From NCBI GenBank assembly GCA_021848325.1, contig JAJZUU010000004.1, forward strand, positions 8,720-72,719: DNA of 64,000 nt. Reading direction: 5' to 3'. The notes under the pieces are model-generated. The model was not told where the DNA came from and did no database searches. It saw only the letters and a list, made by a program, of their open reading frames with translations. The stretch comes from Pseudomonadota bacterium (GTDB lineage: Bacteria > Pseudomonadota > Gammaproteobacteria > Burkholderiales > JAJZUU01). Position numbers and translations under genes: made by a program. Shown here piece by piece: positions 29,466 through 39,488 of this stretch (position 1 is the first letter of the stretch; the number at the start of each line of letters is the position of its first letter).

Positions 29466-30200
29466 ATGGACAAAACCACCCATTTCGGTTTCGAGACCGT
29501 AGAGGAGTCGCAGAAGGCGCAAAAGGTCGCGGAGGTTTTTCACTCCGTGGCGCAACGCTACGACTTGATGAACGACCTGATGTCCGCCGGCCTGCATCGG
29601 CTGTGGAAGGCGTTCACCATTGCCCAAAGCGGGGTGAAGACCGGCTCGCGAGTGCTCGACGTGGCCGGCGGCACCGCCGATCTGACTTTGCAGTTCGCCA
29701 GACGGGTGGGTGCGACCGGCCAGGTGGTGTTGTCGGACATCAACAGTTCCATGCTGACGGTGGGGCGCGACCGGCTCATGGACGAGGGGTTCGTGGTGCC
29801 CGCGGTGCAGTGCGACGCGGAAAGGATCCCGTTTCCCGCGAATTACTTCGATTGCGTAACCGTGGCCTTCGGCCTGCGCAACATGACCCACAAGGAGGGC
29901 GCCCTGGGCGAGATGTTCCGCGTCCTGCGGCCCGGAGGCAGGCTCCTGGTGCTGGAGTTCTCCAAGGTGTGGAAGCCCCTGCAGCCGCTGTACGACGCCT
30001 ATTCCTTCAAGGTATTGCCGCTGATGGGCAAGCTGGTGACGGACGACCCCGACAGCTACCGCTACCTGGCCGAATCCATACGCATGCACCCCTCCCAGGA
30101 GGAGCTGAAGCGGATGATGGAACAGGCCGGGTTCGAGCGCGTGGACTACTACAATCTCGCCGCAGGGGTGGTGGCGCTGCACAAGGGGTTCAAGTTCTAG
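29466..30200 (+). CDS. ubiE: ubiquinone/menaquinone C-methyltransferase UbiE
   Basis: 244 aa. THFGF...[44 protein letters not shown]. Confidence 0.92.
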   Translation: MDKTTHFGFETVEESQKAQKVAEVFHSVAQRYDLMNDLMSAGLHRLWKAFTIAQSGVKTGSRVLDVAGGTADLTLQFARRVGATGQVVLSDINSSMLTVGRDRLMDEGFVVPAVQCDAERIPFPANYFDCVTVAFGLRNMTHKEGALGEMFRVLRPGGRLLVLEFSKVWKPLQPLYDAYSFKVLPLMGKLVTDDPDSYRYLAESIRMHPSQEELKRMMEQAGFERVDYYNLAAGVVALHKGFKF

Positions 30201-30251
30201 AACCCCCTTCGGCCCCGCGGCTGCGACCCGGGCGACCGGGCTGGACTGGGC

Positions 30252-30857
30252 ATGTGGAACGAGAAACCTTACGATGCGGGTGCTTTGGCGCAACTTCCGG
30301 CGCTCGCCTTCGCCAACCACCTGCTGCGCGCCCAGCCCTGGGCGCGCACGCGGCTCGGGCCTTTTTCCGGCAAGACCGTCCTGTTGCATGCGCTCCCTTT
30401 CGCCGTCGCCGCCACCATCCAGGATGACGGCACCCTGACGGCGGCCGCCCGCCAGGTCCCGCCCGATGCCACCCTGTCAGCGGCCCCCGGGGTGCTGTTG
30501 CGCATCCTGGCGTCCGACCCCTCGGCCCAGGCGGAGGTGGCGGCGACGGGGGAGACCGCGCTGGCCAGCGAGCTCGCCTATGTGGCCCGGAACCTGCGCT
30601 GGGACCTGGAGGAAGACCTGAGCCGCTGGCTGGGAGACATCCCGGCGCACCGCCTGGCGCGGGCCGCGCAACAGGCGCTGGCGTGGCCCGGGGGCTCCCT
30701 TTCCGGGCTGGCCCGGACCTGGCTGGAATACTGGACGGAAGAACAGCCGGTGCTGGCGAAGGCGACGCAGGTAAGGGGCTTCGTGCGGGAAGTGGACGAC
30801 CTGCGCGACCGGACGGAACGGCTGGAAAAGCGGCTGGAACGGCTGGCTTCCAAGTAA
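30252..30857 (+). CDS. ubiJ: SCP2-domain ubiquinone biosynthesis accessory factor UbiJ-like
   Basis: 201 aa directly after ubiE. N-terminal SCP2-like region and C-terminal charged coiled tail (VDDLRDRTERLEKRLERL), as in UbiJ/YigP. Confidence 0.7.
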   Translation: MWNEKPYDAGALAQLPALAFANHLLRAQPWARTRLGPFSGKTVLLHALPFAVAATIQDDGTLTAAARQVPPDATLSAAPGVLLRILASDPSAQAEVAATGETALASELAYVARNLRWDLEEDLSRWLGDIPAHRLARAAQQALAWPGGSLSGLARTWLEYWTEEQPVLAKATQVRGFVREVDDLRDRTERLEKRLERLASK

Positions 30858-30888
30858 CCTCCCGCGGGACCGCGAGAAGAGCGGGCGC

Positions 30889-32133
30889 TTACTCCAAGGT
30901 CTTTTCCAAGGCGAATAGCTGTTCCACCTGTTCCCGTTCGCGGATCAGGTGCACCCGGTCCCCGTCCACCATCACTTCCGCTGCCCGGGGGCGGCAGTTG
31001 TAGTTGGAGCTCATGCTCATGCCGTAGGCGCCGGCGGACATGACCGCCAGCAGGTCGCCCTCGGCGAGGCCGAGCAGCCGGTCGTGACCAAGGAAATCCC
31101 CGCTCTCGCACACCGGTCCCACGATCTCGTAGTCTTTCGGGGTGCGCTCGGAGGCGCGCACCGGCACGATTTCGTGGTAGGCGTCGTACAGGGCGGGGCG
31201 CATCAGGTCGTTCATGGCGGCATCGACGATGGCGAAGTCCTTGTGGGGGCCGTGTTTCAGGTACTCGACCCGGGTCAGCAGCACGCCGGCATTCCCCACC
31301 AGGGCGCGCCCGGGCTCGAGGAGGATTTTTTGGCTGCGGCCCTTTAATCCGGCCAGCAGGGTGTCGGCGTAGGCAGCGATGTCGGGCGGCGTCTCGTCCC
31401 GGTAACGGATGCCGATGCCGCCCCCCAGGTCCAGGTGGGATATCTCGATCCCCTCTTCCTCCAGTTGCGCAAGCAGCAGCAGGACCCGGTCCAGGGCGTC
31501 CGCGAAGGGGGCGAGCTCGGTCAGCTGCGAGCCGATATGGCAATCGATGCCGCGGATGCGCAGGTTGGGCAGCGCCCTGGCGTTGCGATAGAGCGCCAGG
31601 GCATCCCCGTAGGCCACGCCGAACTTGTTTTCCTTGAGTCCGGTGGCGATGTAGGGGTGGGTCCTGGCGTCCACGTCCGGGTTGACGCGCAGGGAAATGG
31701 GCGCGACCTTCCCCGCCTCGGCGGCGATCCTGTTCAGGCGGGCGAGCTCGCTCTCCGACTCCACGTTGAAGCACATGATCCCGCACGCCAGGGCGAAGCG
31801 GATCTCCTGTTCGCTCTTGCCCACCCCGGAAAAGACCACCTTCCCGGCGTCCCCGCCGGCCGCCAGCACCCGCTTGAGCTCTCCCCCGGACACGATATCG
31901 AAGCCGCTGCCCATGCGGGCGAACAGATTCAGGATGGCCAGGTTGCCGTTGGCCTTCACCGCATAGCACAACAAATGGTCATGGGCGGCGAATGCCTGTT
32001 CGAACGCCTGATAGGCGGCGGTCAGCGCCGCCCGGGAGTAGACGTAGCACGGGGTGCCGAACTGGGCGGCGATGCCGGACAGGGGCACGGACTCGGCATG
32101 GAGTTCCGCCCCCTTGGCGGCGAATGCGTTCAC
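30889..32133 (-). CDS. lysA: diaminopimelate decarboxylase
   Basis: GTG start at 32133 (VNAFAAKGAELHAESVPL...FGTPCYVYS) gives 414 aa. YAVKAN PLP lysine, GGGIGI, and CESGD motifs. The track ORF is over-extended to 32361. Confidence 0.9.
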   Translation of the reverse strand: MNAFAAKGAELHAESVPLSGIAAQFGTPCYVYSRAALTAAYQAFEQAFAAHDHLLCYAVKANGNLAILNLFARMGSGFDIVSGGELKRVLAAGGDAGKVVFSGVGKSEQEIRFALACGIMCFNVESESELARLNRIAAEAGKVAPISLRVNPDVDARTHPYIATGLKENKFGVAYGDALALYRNARALPNLRIRGIDCHIGSQLTELAPFADALDRVLLLLAQLEEEGIEISHLDLGGGIGIRYRDETPPDIAAYADTLLAGLKGRSQKILLEPGRALVGNAGVLLTRVEYLKHGPHKDFAIVDAAMNDLMRPALYDAYHEIVPVRASERTPKDYEIVGPVCESGDFLGHDRLLGLAEGDLLAVMSAGAYGMSMSSNYNCRPRAAEVMVDGDRVHLIREREQVEQLFALEKTLE

Positions 32134-32243
32134 TTGTGGTCCTGTTGCGTCGCGGCGGGTTTTTCGGGCAGTCGGAGCGGCCCCTTGTAGCCGCAGCCGG
32201 CCAGCAGGAGCGCAGCCAACGCTAGCAAAGCGACCAACCGCAT
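32130..32243 (-). CDS. lptM: small lipoprotein LptM (YifL family)
   Basis: Below the track cut-off, found by hand: MRLVALLALAALLLAGCGYKGPLRLPEKPAATQQDHK (37 aa). Lipobox LLAGC followed by GYKGPL.LP. Its TGA overlaps the lysA GTG. Conserved lptM-lysA pairing. Confidence 0.7.
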   Translation of the reverse strand: MRLVALLALAALLLAGCGYKGPLRLPEKPAATQQDHK

Positions 32244-32291
32244 AGTATGCTCTCCCCAGGGAAATTGGGCATCTTATCATAAAGGCCGGAC

Positions 32292-32612
32292 ATGACCGAA
32301 AGCGAGTACAGCCAACGGATCGAGCAAGCGTTCGGGCGCATCGAACAGGCGCTGGACGCAAGCGACGCGGACATCGATTACGAGACCGTAGCGGGCGGGG
32401 TGCTGGAACTGGAATGCGCCGACGGCAGCAAGATCGTGGTCAACCGCCAGGCCGCGGCCCAGGAGATCTGGGTGGCGGCGAAATCCGGCGGCTATCATTT
32501 CACGTGGCGGGACGGCGCCTGGCGCAACACCCGCGACGGCAGCGACCTGTACGCCGTCTTGGCGCGGGTCGTTTTCGAGCAGTCGGGGGAAAGGCTGGCG
32601 CTGGGCGCCTAG
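32292..32612 (+). CDS. cyaY: frataxin-like iron-sulfur cluster assembly protein CyaY
   Basis: 106 aa. DIDYETVAGGVLELECADGSKIVVNRQAAAQEIWVAAKSGGYHF is the CyaY pattern. Stop TAG lies in the terminal CTAG of MITE-B copy 2. Confidence 0.88.
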   Translation: MTESEYSQRIEQAFGRIEQALDASDADIDYETVAGGVLELECADGSKIVVNRQAAAQEIWVAAKSGGYHFTWRDGAWRNTRDGSDLYAVLARVVFEQSGERLALGA

Positions 32613-32815
32613 GAGCCTGTCGGACTTAAAGGAAATCGGCTGCAAATCCGCCTGACCGGTCCATATTTCGCCGCTTTTTTGGTCAATAGAACGACTATTG
32701 ACCTGCAAAATCGACAAAATCTGTCCTCGACCAGCCGAATTTTGCGAGCAGCCGCTACGCGGCTTGCCTGCCTGACCCGCTTCGCTTCGATTCTTCAAGT
32801 CCGACAGGCTCCTAG
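32609..32815 (-). mobile_element. MITE-B copy 2 (207 bp), inverted relative to copy 1
   Basis: Reverse complement equals 18280-18447 base for base, except for an extra 39 bp (32744-32782). Same 19-bp TIRs. Its two terminal CTAGs contain the stop codons of cyaY (32610-32612) and argH (32812-32814). Confidence 0.75.
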
Positions 32816-34209
32816 GCCAACTCCTGCCGCCCCCGGGCCACCGCCGCCCGCACCTGGGCCGGGGCGGTGCCGCCGATGTGGTCGCGGCTCTTGAGGGAAC
32901 CCTCCAGGGTGAGCACGCCGAACACGTCCGCCGCGATCAGGTCCGAAAAGCCCTGCAATTCCGCCAGCGGCAGGTCGGGCAGGTCGCAGCGCCGGCCCTC
33001 GGCATGGCGCACGGCCCTGGCCACCACCTCGTGGGCGTCGCGAAAGGGCAGGCCCTTCTTGACCAGGTAGTCGGCCAGGTCGGTGGCGGTGGCGAAGCCC
33101 TGGGCCGCCGCCGCGCGCATGGCCTCCGGGTGCACCGTGATGCCCCCCAGCATGTCCGCCAGGATGGTCAGGGTGACGGCCAGGGTGTCCGCGGTGTCGA
33201 ACAGGGGCTCTTTGTCCTCCTGGTTGTCCTTGTTGTAGGCCAGGGGCTGGGACTTCATCAGGGTGAGCAGCGCCACCAGGTGGCCGTTCACCCGCCCGGT
33301 CTTGCCGCGGATCAGCTCCGGCACGTCCGGGTTCTTCTTTTGCGGCATGATGGAGGAGCCGGTGCAGAAGCGGTCGGCGATGGTGATAAAGCCGAAGCGC
33401 GGGTTCATCCACAGGATGAGTTCCTCCGACAGCCGCGACAAATGGGTCATGACGAGGGCGGCGCAGGCCGCGAATTCGATGGCGAAGTCGCGGTCGGAGA
33501 CGGCGTCCAGGGAATTCTCGCACACCCCGGCGAAGCCCAGTTCCCGTGCCACCATTTCCCGGTCGATGGGGTAGCTGGTGCCGGCCAGGGCGGCGGCCCC
33601 CAGGGGCAGGCGGTTGACCCGCTTGCGGCAGTCCGCGAACCGCTCGGCGTCCCGTTTCAGCATCTCGAAGTAGGCCATCAGGTGATGGCCGAAGCTCACC
33701 GGCTGCGCCACCTGGAGGTGGGTAAATCCGGGCATGATGGTGTCGGCGTGACGCTCGGCCAGGTCCAGCAGGGCGACCTGGGCGTTCCTGATCAGGGCGA
33801 GCAGGTCGTCGATGGCGCTGCGCAGGTAGAGGCGCACGTCGGTGGCGACCTGGTCGTTGCGCGAGCGGCCGGTGTGCAGGCGCTTGCCGGCATCGCCGAT
33901 GCGCTCGGTCAGGCGCTTCTCGATGTTCAGGTGCACGTCCTCCAGGTCCAGCGACCATGGGAAGCGCCCCGCGCGGATTTCCTCGGCGATGGCGGCCAGG
34001 CCCTTCTCTATGGCGGCCAGGTCCGCGGCGCTCAAAACCCCCACCGCGTGCAGCATGCGGGCATGGGCGAGGGAGCCCTGGATGTCGAACGGCGCCAGGC
34101 GGCGGTCGAATTCCACCGAGGCGGTATAGCGCTTGACCAGTTCGGCCACCGGTTCGGCGAACCTGCCAGACCATGGCTTTTCCGTCCCGGATTCCTTTTT
34201 GTCTTGCAT
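32812..34209 (-). CDS. argH: argininosuccinate lyase
   Basis: 465 aa. [28 protein letters not shown] (fumarate-lyase signature). Confidence 0.93.
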   Translation of the reverse strand: MQDKKESGTEKPWSGRFAEPVAELVKRYTASVEFDRRLAPFDIQGSLAHARMLHAVGVLSAADLAAIEKGLAAIAEEIRAGRFPWSLDLEDVHLNIEKRLTERIGDAGKRLHTGRSRNDQVATDVRLYLRSAIDDLLALIRNAQVALLDLAERHADTIMPGFTHLQVAQPVSFGHHLMAYFEMLKRDAERFADCRKRVNRLPLGAAALAGTSYPIDREMVARELGFAGVCENSLDAVSDRDFAIEFAACAALVMTHLSRLSEELILWMNPRFGFITIADRFCTGSSIMPQKKNPDVPELIRGKTGRVNGHLVALLTLMKSQPLAYNKDNQEDKEPLFDTADTLAVTLTILADMLGGITVHPEAMRAAAAQGFATATDLADYLVKKGLPFRDAHEVVARAVRHAEGRRCDLPDLPLAELQGFSDLIAADVFGVLTLEGSLKSRDHIGGTAPAQVRAAVARGRQELA

Positions 34210-34289
34210 AGTAGTGCCGCCTTAGTTCAAAATAAAAACAATGTGTTAGTGGAGCCCATGGCGCGGCGGCAAGCGCCGGAACCCGAATC

Positions 34290-35306
34290 ATGGCCATTAT
34301 AAATCAAAACCCTTCTTCCCCCTCACTGCCAAACTGCTGCAACATGGGGACCGGCTTGCGCATCCTGGTCATGGTGGACGGGTTGAGCGTGCTGGGCGCG
34401 ATCCTGAAGGCCGACACCGCGGCGGCGGTGTGGCCCGAGCTCATGGCCATGTCCGCCGCCGTGCAGCCGGTGCTGTTGACGAGCTTGGTGGGGCTGTGTC
34501 TCGGGCGCAAAGTGCTGGCCCGCCTGTCCTACCGCCTGGGGGCGGCAGTGGTGTTGGTGGTGGTGCTCGCGCTCGCCACTCTGGTGCATGCCGCCAACCG
34601 ACATTTTTTTGCGGGCTACGACGAGATGTCTCATCTGTGGCGCTGGTGGGTATTTTCTGCGGCGGTCACCGGCCTCCTGCTGGCCTATTTTCACTTGCGC
34701 AGCCGCGCCCTTTCGCCGGCGCTGAGCGAAGCGCGGCTGCAGGCGCTGCAGGCGCGCATCCGCCCCCATTTTCTGTTCAACAGCATCAACGCCGTGCTGA
34801 GCCTGATCCGGAGCGACCCGCAGCGGGCGGAACGGGCGCTGGAGGACATGGCAGACCTGTTTCGGGTGCTGATGGCGGACAACCGGCAACTGACCACCCT
34901 GGAACGGGAGATCGAGCTATGCCGGGAATACCTGAACCTGGAGCAACTGCGCCTGGGGGACCGCCTGCGAGTGACCTGGCACTGCGAGAAGATGCCGAAG
35001 GATGCGCTGGTCCCCCCCCTGGTGCTGCAACCGTTGGTGGAAAACGCGGTGTATCACGGCATCGAGCCCTCCAGCCAGCCGGGCGAGATCACCATCAACA
35101 TCTACCGCAACCGCAGCCGGGTGCATATGGTGCTGCGCAATCCCTATCAACGGGAAGGCAGCCACCACGGCGGCAACAAGATGGCCCTACAAAACATCCG
35201 CGAGCGGCTGGCGCTGCATTTCGACGCCGAGGCGAGCCTTAACACCCAGATCAGCGGCAATTTCTATCAGGTGCACATCATCATTCCCTACGTGACGGAA
35301 AAATGA
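34290..35306 (+). CDS. algZ: LytS/YehU-type sensor histidine kinase (AlgZ/FimS-like); the true start may be the ATG at 34344
   Basis: Four N-terminal TM segments, then RIRPHFLFNSINAV (His_kinase domain) and LVLQPLVENAVYHGI (HATPase). Overlaps algR by 4 nt. argH-algZ-algR-hemC order as in Pseudomonas. Confidence 0.8.
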   Translation: MAIINQNPSSPSLPNCCNMGTGLRILVMVDGLSVLGAILKADTAAAVWPELMAMSAAVQPVLLTSLVGLCLGRKVLARLSYRLGAAVVLVVVLALATLVHAANRHFFAGYDEMSHLWRWWVFSAAVTGLLLAYFHLRSRALSPALSEARLQALQARIRPHFLFNSINAVLSLIRSDPQRAERALEDMADLFRVLMADNRQLTTLEREIELCREYLNLEQLRLGDRLRVTWHCEKMPKDALVPPLVLQPLVENAVYHGIEPSSQPGEITINIYRNRSRVHMVLRNPYQREGSHHGGNKMALQNIRERLALHFDAEASLNTQISGNFYQVHIIIPYVTEK

Positions 35307-36076
35307 CCGCCGCCGCCCCTTTGCGCGTACTGATCGTGGACGACGAGGCGCCGGCCCGCAACCGGCTGCGGGAATTGTTGGCGGATTGCGCCCGCGAACT
35401 CGCCGTGGAGGTCGCGGGCGAAGCGGCCAGCGGGGTGGAGGCGCTGGCCCTGCTGTCGCGGCAGGCGACGGACGTGGTGCTGCTGGATATCCGCATGCCG
35501 CAGATGGACGGCATCGAATTCGCCCAGCACGTGCAGAAGCTGCCGCAGCCGCCGGCCGTCGTGTTCACCACGGCGTACGACAGCTATGCCATCCGGGCCT
35601 TCGAGTTGAACGCCGTGGATTACTTGCTGAAGCCGATTCGCAGCGAGCGGCTCGCTTCCGCCCTGAGGAAGGCCCGCGCCCTGACCCCGGCGGGCGTGGA
35701 GGCGCTGCGGCAGGAGGTGGGACGGGCGCGCAGCCACCTCAGTGTATACGAGCGCGGCAAGATCCTGTTGGTGCCCATCGGCGACGTGGTCTACCTCAAG
35801 GCCGAACTGAAGTACATCACGGTGCGTACGCAAGAACGCGACTACCTGCTGGAGGAATCCCTGACCCACCTGGAGCAGGAGTACGCCGAGCACTTTGTGC
35901 GCATCCACCGCAACTGCCTGGTGGCGCGGGCCTATATTGCCGGGTTCGAAAAAGCGGACAGCGCCGCCGAGACGGGGGAGCCCCAGTCGATCTGGGCGGT
36001 GTTGCTCAGGGGCGTGGACGAGACGCTTCCGCTGAGCCGGCGCCAGCACCACGTCATGAAGGAATTCAAGCTGTAA
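35303..36076 (+). CDS. algR: LytR/AlgR-family response regulator
   Basis: 257 aa. Receiver (LRVLIVDDE, VVLLDIRMPQMDG) plus a C-terminal LytTR DNA-binding domain (VYLKAELKYITVRT..., FVRIHRNCLV). Confidence 0.85.
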   Translation: MTAAAPLRVLIVDDEAPARNRLRELLADCARELAVEVAGEAASGVEALALLSRQATDVVLLDIRMPQMDGIEFAQHVQKLPQPPAVVFTTAYDSYAIRAFELNAVDYLLKPIRSERLASALRKARALTPAGVEALRQEVGRARSHLSVYERGKILLVPIGDVVYLKAELKYITVRTQERDYLLEESLTHLEQEYAEHFVRIHRNCLVARAYIAGFEKADSAAETGEPQSIWAVLLRGVDETLPLSRRQHHVMKEFKL

Positions 36077-36097
36077 CAGGTCCCGCGGTGCGGCGCT

Positions 36098-36598
36098 TCA
36101 CTGGCCGGTCCCATCCGGCTGGGCGCGTACCTTGGTCAGGGCGCCGTCGATGGCGGTGTCCAGAACGCCGCCGTAGAAATCGGGGGTCAGGAGGCCGATT
36201 ATCGGGCTGGTCAACTCGCGGCCCCGGGCGTCGAACAGCTTTATGGTCGGCGTGACCTGAATCCGGTTCCCGCGGGCGAATTCGCGCTGGGTGGTCATCT
36301 TGCCCGAGAAGTCGCGCAGCCTGGCGCTGCTGTCTATGTCGACCTGACGCATCAAGACCTTGGAGTGGTATTCGGCGTTGCGTTGCATGGGCACCAGGAA
36401 TTCCCGCAGCACCCGCTCGCAATACGGGCAGTGGGGGCTCATGAACAAGACCAGGATGGGCACCTGTTTGGCCTGGGCGGCCTGGCCCACGGCGGTGAAA
36501 TCGTCCACATAGGCAAGCTCCTCCGCCCGTGCCGTGAGCATCCAGCTTGCGGCCATCCATGCTAGAATAACCACTATCCCTTTGGTCACCCGTATCAT
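36098..36598 (-). CDS. exported thioredoxin-fold protein (CPYC)
   Basis: 166 aa. Signal peptide, then VPILVLFMSPHCPYCERV thioredoxin-like CxxC. Confidence 0.7.
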   Translation of the reverse strand: MIRVTKGIVVILAWMAASWMLTARAEELAYVDDFTAVGQAAQAKQVPILVLFMSPHCPYCERVLREFLVPMQRNAEYHSKVLMRQVDIDSSARLRDFSGKMTTQREFARGNRIQVTPTIKLFDARGRELTSPIIGLLTPDFYGGVLDTAIDGALTKVRAQPDGTGQ

Positions 36599-36643
36599 GC
36601 CTTGTACCCCGCTTGATTCAGCGCTTGCGCAGCAGGAGCCGTC

Positions 36644-37603
36644 TTGAAAACCAGTTCACCCCTTTCCCCCGCGGCCGCCAAACTCGAAAAGCTGGCCATC
36701 GCGTCGCGCGAGAGCGCGCTCGCCATGTGGCAAGCCGAGCACATCCAACAGAGGTTGCGTGCATTATATCCCGGACTGGCGGTGAGCATAGTGGGGATGA
36801 CTACCCAGGGGGACCAGATTCTCGATTCCCCGCTGAGCCAGATCGGCGGCAAGGGCCTGTTCGTCAAGGAATTGGAGCAGGCCTTGGCGGAAGGCCGGGC
36901 GGATATTGCGGTGCATTCCATGAAGGATGTGCCCATGACCTTGCCCGAGGGCTTCAGCCTGGTGGCGATCGCGCAGCGGGAGGACCCGCGCGACGCCTTC
37001 GTGTCGAACCGTTTCGCCAGCCTGGAGGAATTGCCCGCGGGCAGCGTGGTGGGAACCTCCAGCCTGCGGCGTCAGAGCCAGTTGCTGGCCCGCTTTCCGC
37101 ACCTCAAGGTAGCCATGTTGCGCGGCAACGTCGGCACCCGCCTGCGCAAGCTCGACGAAGGGCAGTTCAGCGCCATCATCCTGGCGGCGGCGGGCCTGAA
37201 ACGGCTGGGCTTGGGGCAGCGCATCACCAAATGGCTCGAACCCGAGCAAAGCCTGCCGGCGGTGGGTCAGGGCGCCCTGGGCATCGAGTGCCGCGCAGAA
37301 CGCGGCGATCTGCTGGAACTGATGAAACCGTTCAACCATCCCGAAACGGCCGCCTGCGTGCAGGCGGAGCGCGCCATGAGCCGCGCCCTTGCCGGCAGTT
37401 GCCAGGTGCCCCTGGGGGGGTTCGCGCAGATCGAGCAGGGGACCCTGAGGTTGCGCGGCTTCGTGGCAGCGCCGGACGGCAGCCGGATGCTGGAGGCGGA
37501 GGTGCAGGGTAGCCCGGGGCAGGCGGAGGCGTTGGGTCTTGAGTTGGCCGAGCGGTTGCGCGGCCGGGGCGCGGACGAGATCCTCGCCGCCCTGGGATCA
37601 TGA
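36644..37603 (+). CDS. hemC: hydroxymethylbilane synthase (porphobilinogen deaminase)
   Basis: 319 aa. [44 protein letters not shown]. Confidence 0.92.
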   Translation: MKTSSPLSPAAAKLEKLAIASRESALAMWQAEHIQQRLRALYPGLAVSIVGMTTQGDQILDSPLSQIGGKGLFVKELEQALAEGRADIAVHSMKDVPMTLPEGFSLVAIAQREDPRDAFVSNRFASLEELPAGSVVGTSSLRRQSQLLARFPHLKVAMLRGNVGTRLRKLDEGQFSAIILAAAGLKRLGLGQRITKWLEPEQSLPAVGQGALGIECRAERGDLLELMKPFNHPETAACVQAERAMSRALAGSCQVPLGGFAQIEQGTLRLRGFVAAPDGSRMLEAEVQGSPGQAEALGLELAERLRGRGADEILAALGS

Positions 37604-38424
37604 ATCCGGTGGCGCGGGACGCCGTCCGCGGCGCGTCCCCTGGCCGGCGCGGGGCGCTCGCCGACCGCGCCATCGTGGTGACCAGGCCGGCGGATCAGGC
37701 CGGACCGCTGGTGGAGCTGATCCGCCGCCACGGCGGCACACCGATCCTGTTCCCCGTGCTGGAGATCGTGGAAGCGGAAGACCTGCGCCCCATCAATGGG
37801 CTGATCGACCGCCTGGACGAGGTCGACCTGGCGATCTTCATCAGCCCGACCGCCGTCGCCAAGGCGATGAACCTGATCAGGGCCAGACGCGACCTCCCCC
37901 GGGGCCTGGCAATCGCCGCCATCGGCCAGGGCAGCAGGCGGGAGCTGCGGCGCTTCGGTGTGACCGAGGTCGTCGCGCCGGCCACCCGCTTCGACAGCGA
38001 GGGCCTGCTGGCCTTGCCCGAGTTGCGGGATGTGGCCGGAAAGCGCATTGCGATCTTTCGCGGCGAGGGCGGACGCGAACTGCTCGGCGACACCTTGCTG
38101 GGCCGTGGCGCGACGGTAGAGTACGCCGAGTGCTACCGCCGCAGAAGGCCCGACGCGGACGCCGCCCCGCTGCTGCACCGCTGGGCGCGCAACGAGCTGG
38201 ATGCGGTTACCGTCACCAGTGGAGAAGGGGTGCACAACCTGTACGAGATGGTGGGCAAGCTGGGCCGGAAATGGCTCAGCCAGACGCCGCTGTTCGCGCC
38301 TCACGAACGGATAGGCCAAATCGCGAGGGGCCTGGGGCTCAGGCAGGTGATCGTCACCGCGTCCGGGGACGAAGGTTTGCTGCAGGGATTGATCGAGTGG
38401 TTTGGCGACAAGAGGGGTACATGA
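37600..38424 (+). CDS. hemD: uroporphyrinogen-III synthase
   Basis: 274 aa. ATGA overlap with hemC, HemD-like layout (IVVTRP..Q...L...I...G). Part of the hemCDXY order. Confidence 0.85.
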   Translation: MNPVARDAVRGASPGRRGALADRAIVVTRPADQAGPLVELIRRHGGTPILFPVLEIVEAEDLRPINGLIDRLDEVDLAIFISPTAVAKAMNLIRARRDLPRGLAIAAIGQGSRRELRRFGVTEVVAPATRFDSEGLLALPELRDVAGKRIAIFRGEGGRELLGDTLLGRGATVEYAECYRRRRPDADAAPLLHRWARNELDAVTVTSGEGVHNLYEMVGKLGRKWLSQTPLFAPHERIGQIARGLGLRQVIVTASGDEGLLQGLIEWFGDKRGT

Positions 38425-39488
38425 GCGAGAATCAGGAGCATCAGGCCGGACAGCCGGAGGAGGTCCCGGCCGAAGGCAAGGAGGCCGGGCCGTCCGGCTG
38501 GAAATTTTTCAACTCCGCTCTGGTGATCGCCTTGATCGCCCTCGCCCTGGCCGGTTGGCAGTGGGTGGATTCGCGGCACCGGGTGAGCCAGTTGGAGCAG
38601 ACGCTGGGCAAGCGGCTGGCGGATTTCGACACCTACAACAAGGAGAGCCGTATCCTGGCCACCCAGGCCCAGGAAAACACTCGCGAGGCGCTGGTGAAGC
38701 TGGGGCTGCTGGAGAGCAAGGTGGCCGATTCGCAAAACCAGCAGGTGGCGCTGGAGGCGCTGTACCAGGAGTTGTCGCGCAACCGGGACGAATGGGCGCT
38801 GGCCGATATTGACCAAATCCTGTCCATCGCCAGCCAGCAGTTGCAGCTGTCCGGTAACGTCAAGGCGGCGCTGATCGCCATGGAAGCCGCCGACAGCCGC
38901 TTGCAGCGGCTGGACAAGCCACAGTTCATCGGGTTGCGCAAGGCGATAAACAAGGACATCGAGCGGCTCAAGGCCTTGCCTTTCGTGGACACCGTGGGCA
39001 TCAGCCTGCGTCTGGACGAGCTGATCGGCGAGGTGGACGGACTGCCCCTCGCGTTCGAGGCCAAACCCAAGGCCGAGCAGGCGGCGCCCAAGGAAAAGGC
39101 CGCGGGCGGCTGGTGGGCGCAGTTGGGCTGGGAAACCTGGCAGGATATCAAGCAGTTGATCCAGGTGCGCAGGATGGATCAGCCGGACGCGCCGCCCCTG
39201 TTACCGCCCTCTCAGGCCTACTTTCTGCGGGAGAACCTCAAGCTGCGTCTGCTCACCGCGCGCATCGCCCTGCTGCAGCGCGACGAGGCGAGCTACAAGG
39301 CCGACCTCAAGGCGGCCCAGGAATGGCTCACCCGCTATTTCGATACCGACAGCAAGGCCACCCAGGCTGCCCTGGCCACGTTGCGCCAGTTGGCCGGAAG
39401 CCCGATCAGCATCGATCTGCCGGATATATCAGGCAGTCTGGATGCCGTGCGCGACTACAGGCTGACCCATGAAAGGGGCACGCATTGA
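38421..39488 (+). CDS. hemX: HemX-family membrane protein
   Basis: ATG at 38421 in the frame of track ORF 37539..39488. Charged N-terminus, one TM segment (FFNSALVIALIALALAGW), long coiled periplasmic region. Overlaps the hemD stop. Confidence 0.75.
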   Translation: MSENQEHQAGQPEEVPAEGKEAGPSGWKFFNSALVIALIALALAGWQWVDSRHRVSQLEQTLGKRLADFDTYNKESRILATQAQENTREALVKLGLLESKVADSQNQQVALEALYQELSRNRDEWALADIDQILSIASQQLQLSGNVKAALIAMEAADSRLQRLDKPQFIGLRKAINKDIERLKALPFVDTVGISLRLDELIGEVDGLPLAFEAKPKAEQAAPKEKAAGGWWAQLGWETWQDIKQLIQVRRMDQPDAPPLLPPSQAYFLRENLKLRLLTARIALLQRDEASYKADLKAAQEWLTRYFDTDSKATQAALATLRQLAGSPISIDLPDISGSLDAVRDYRLTHERGTH

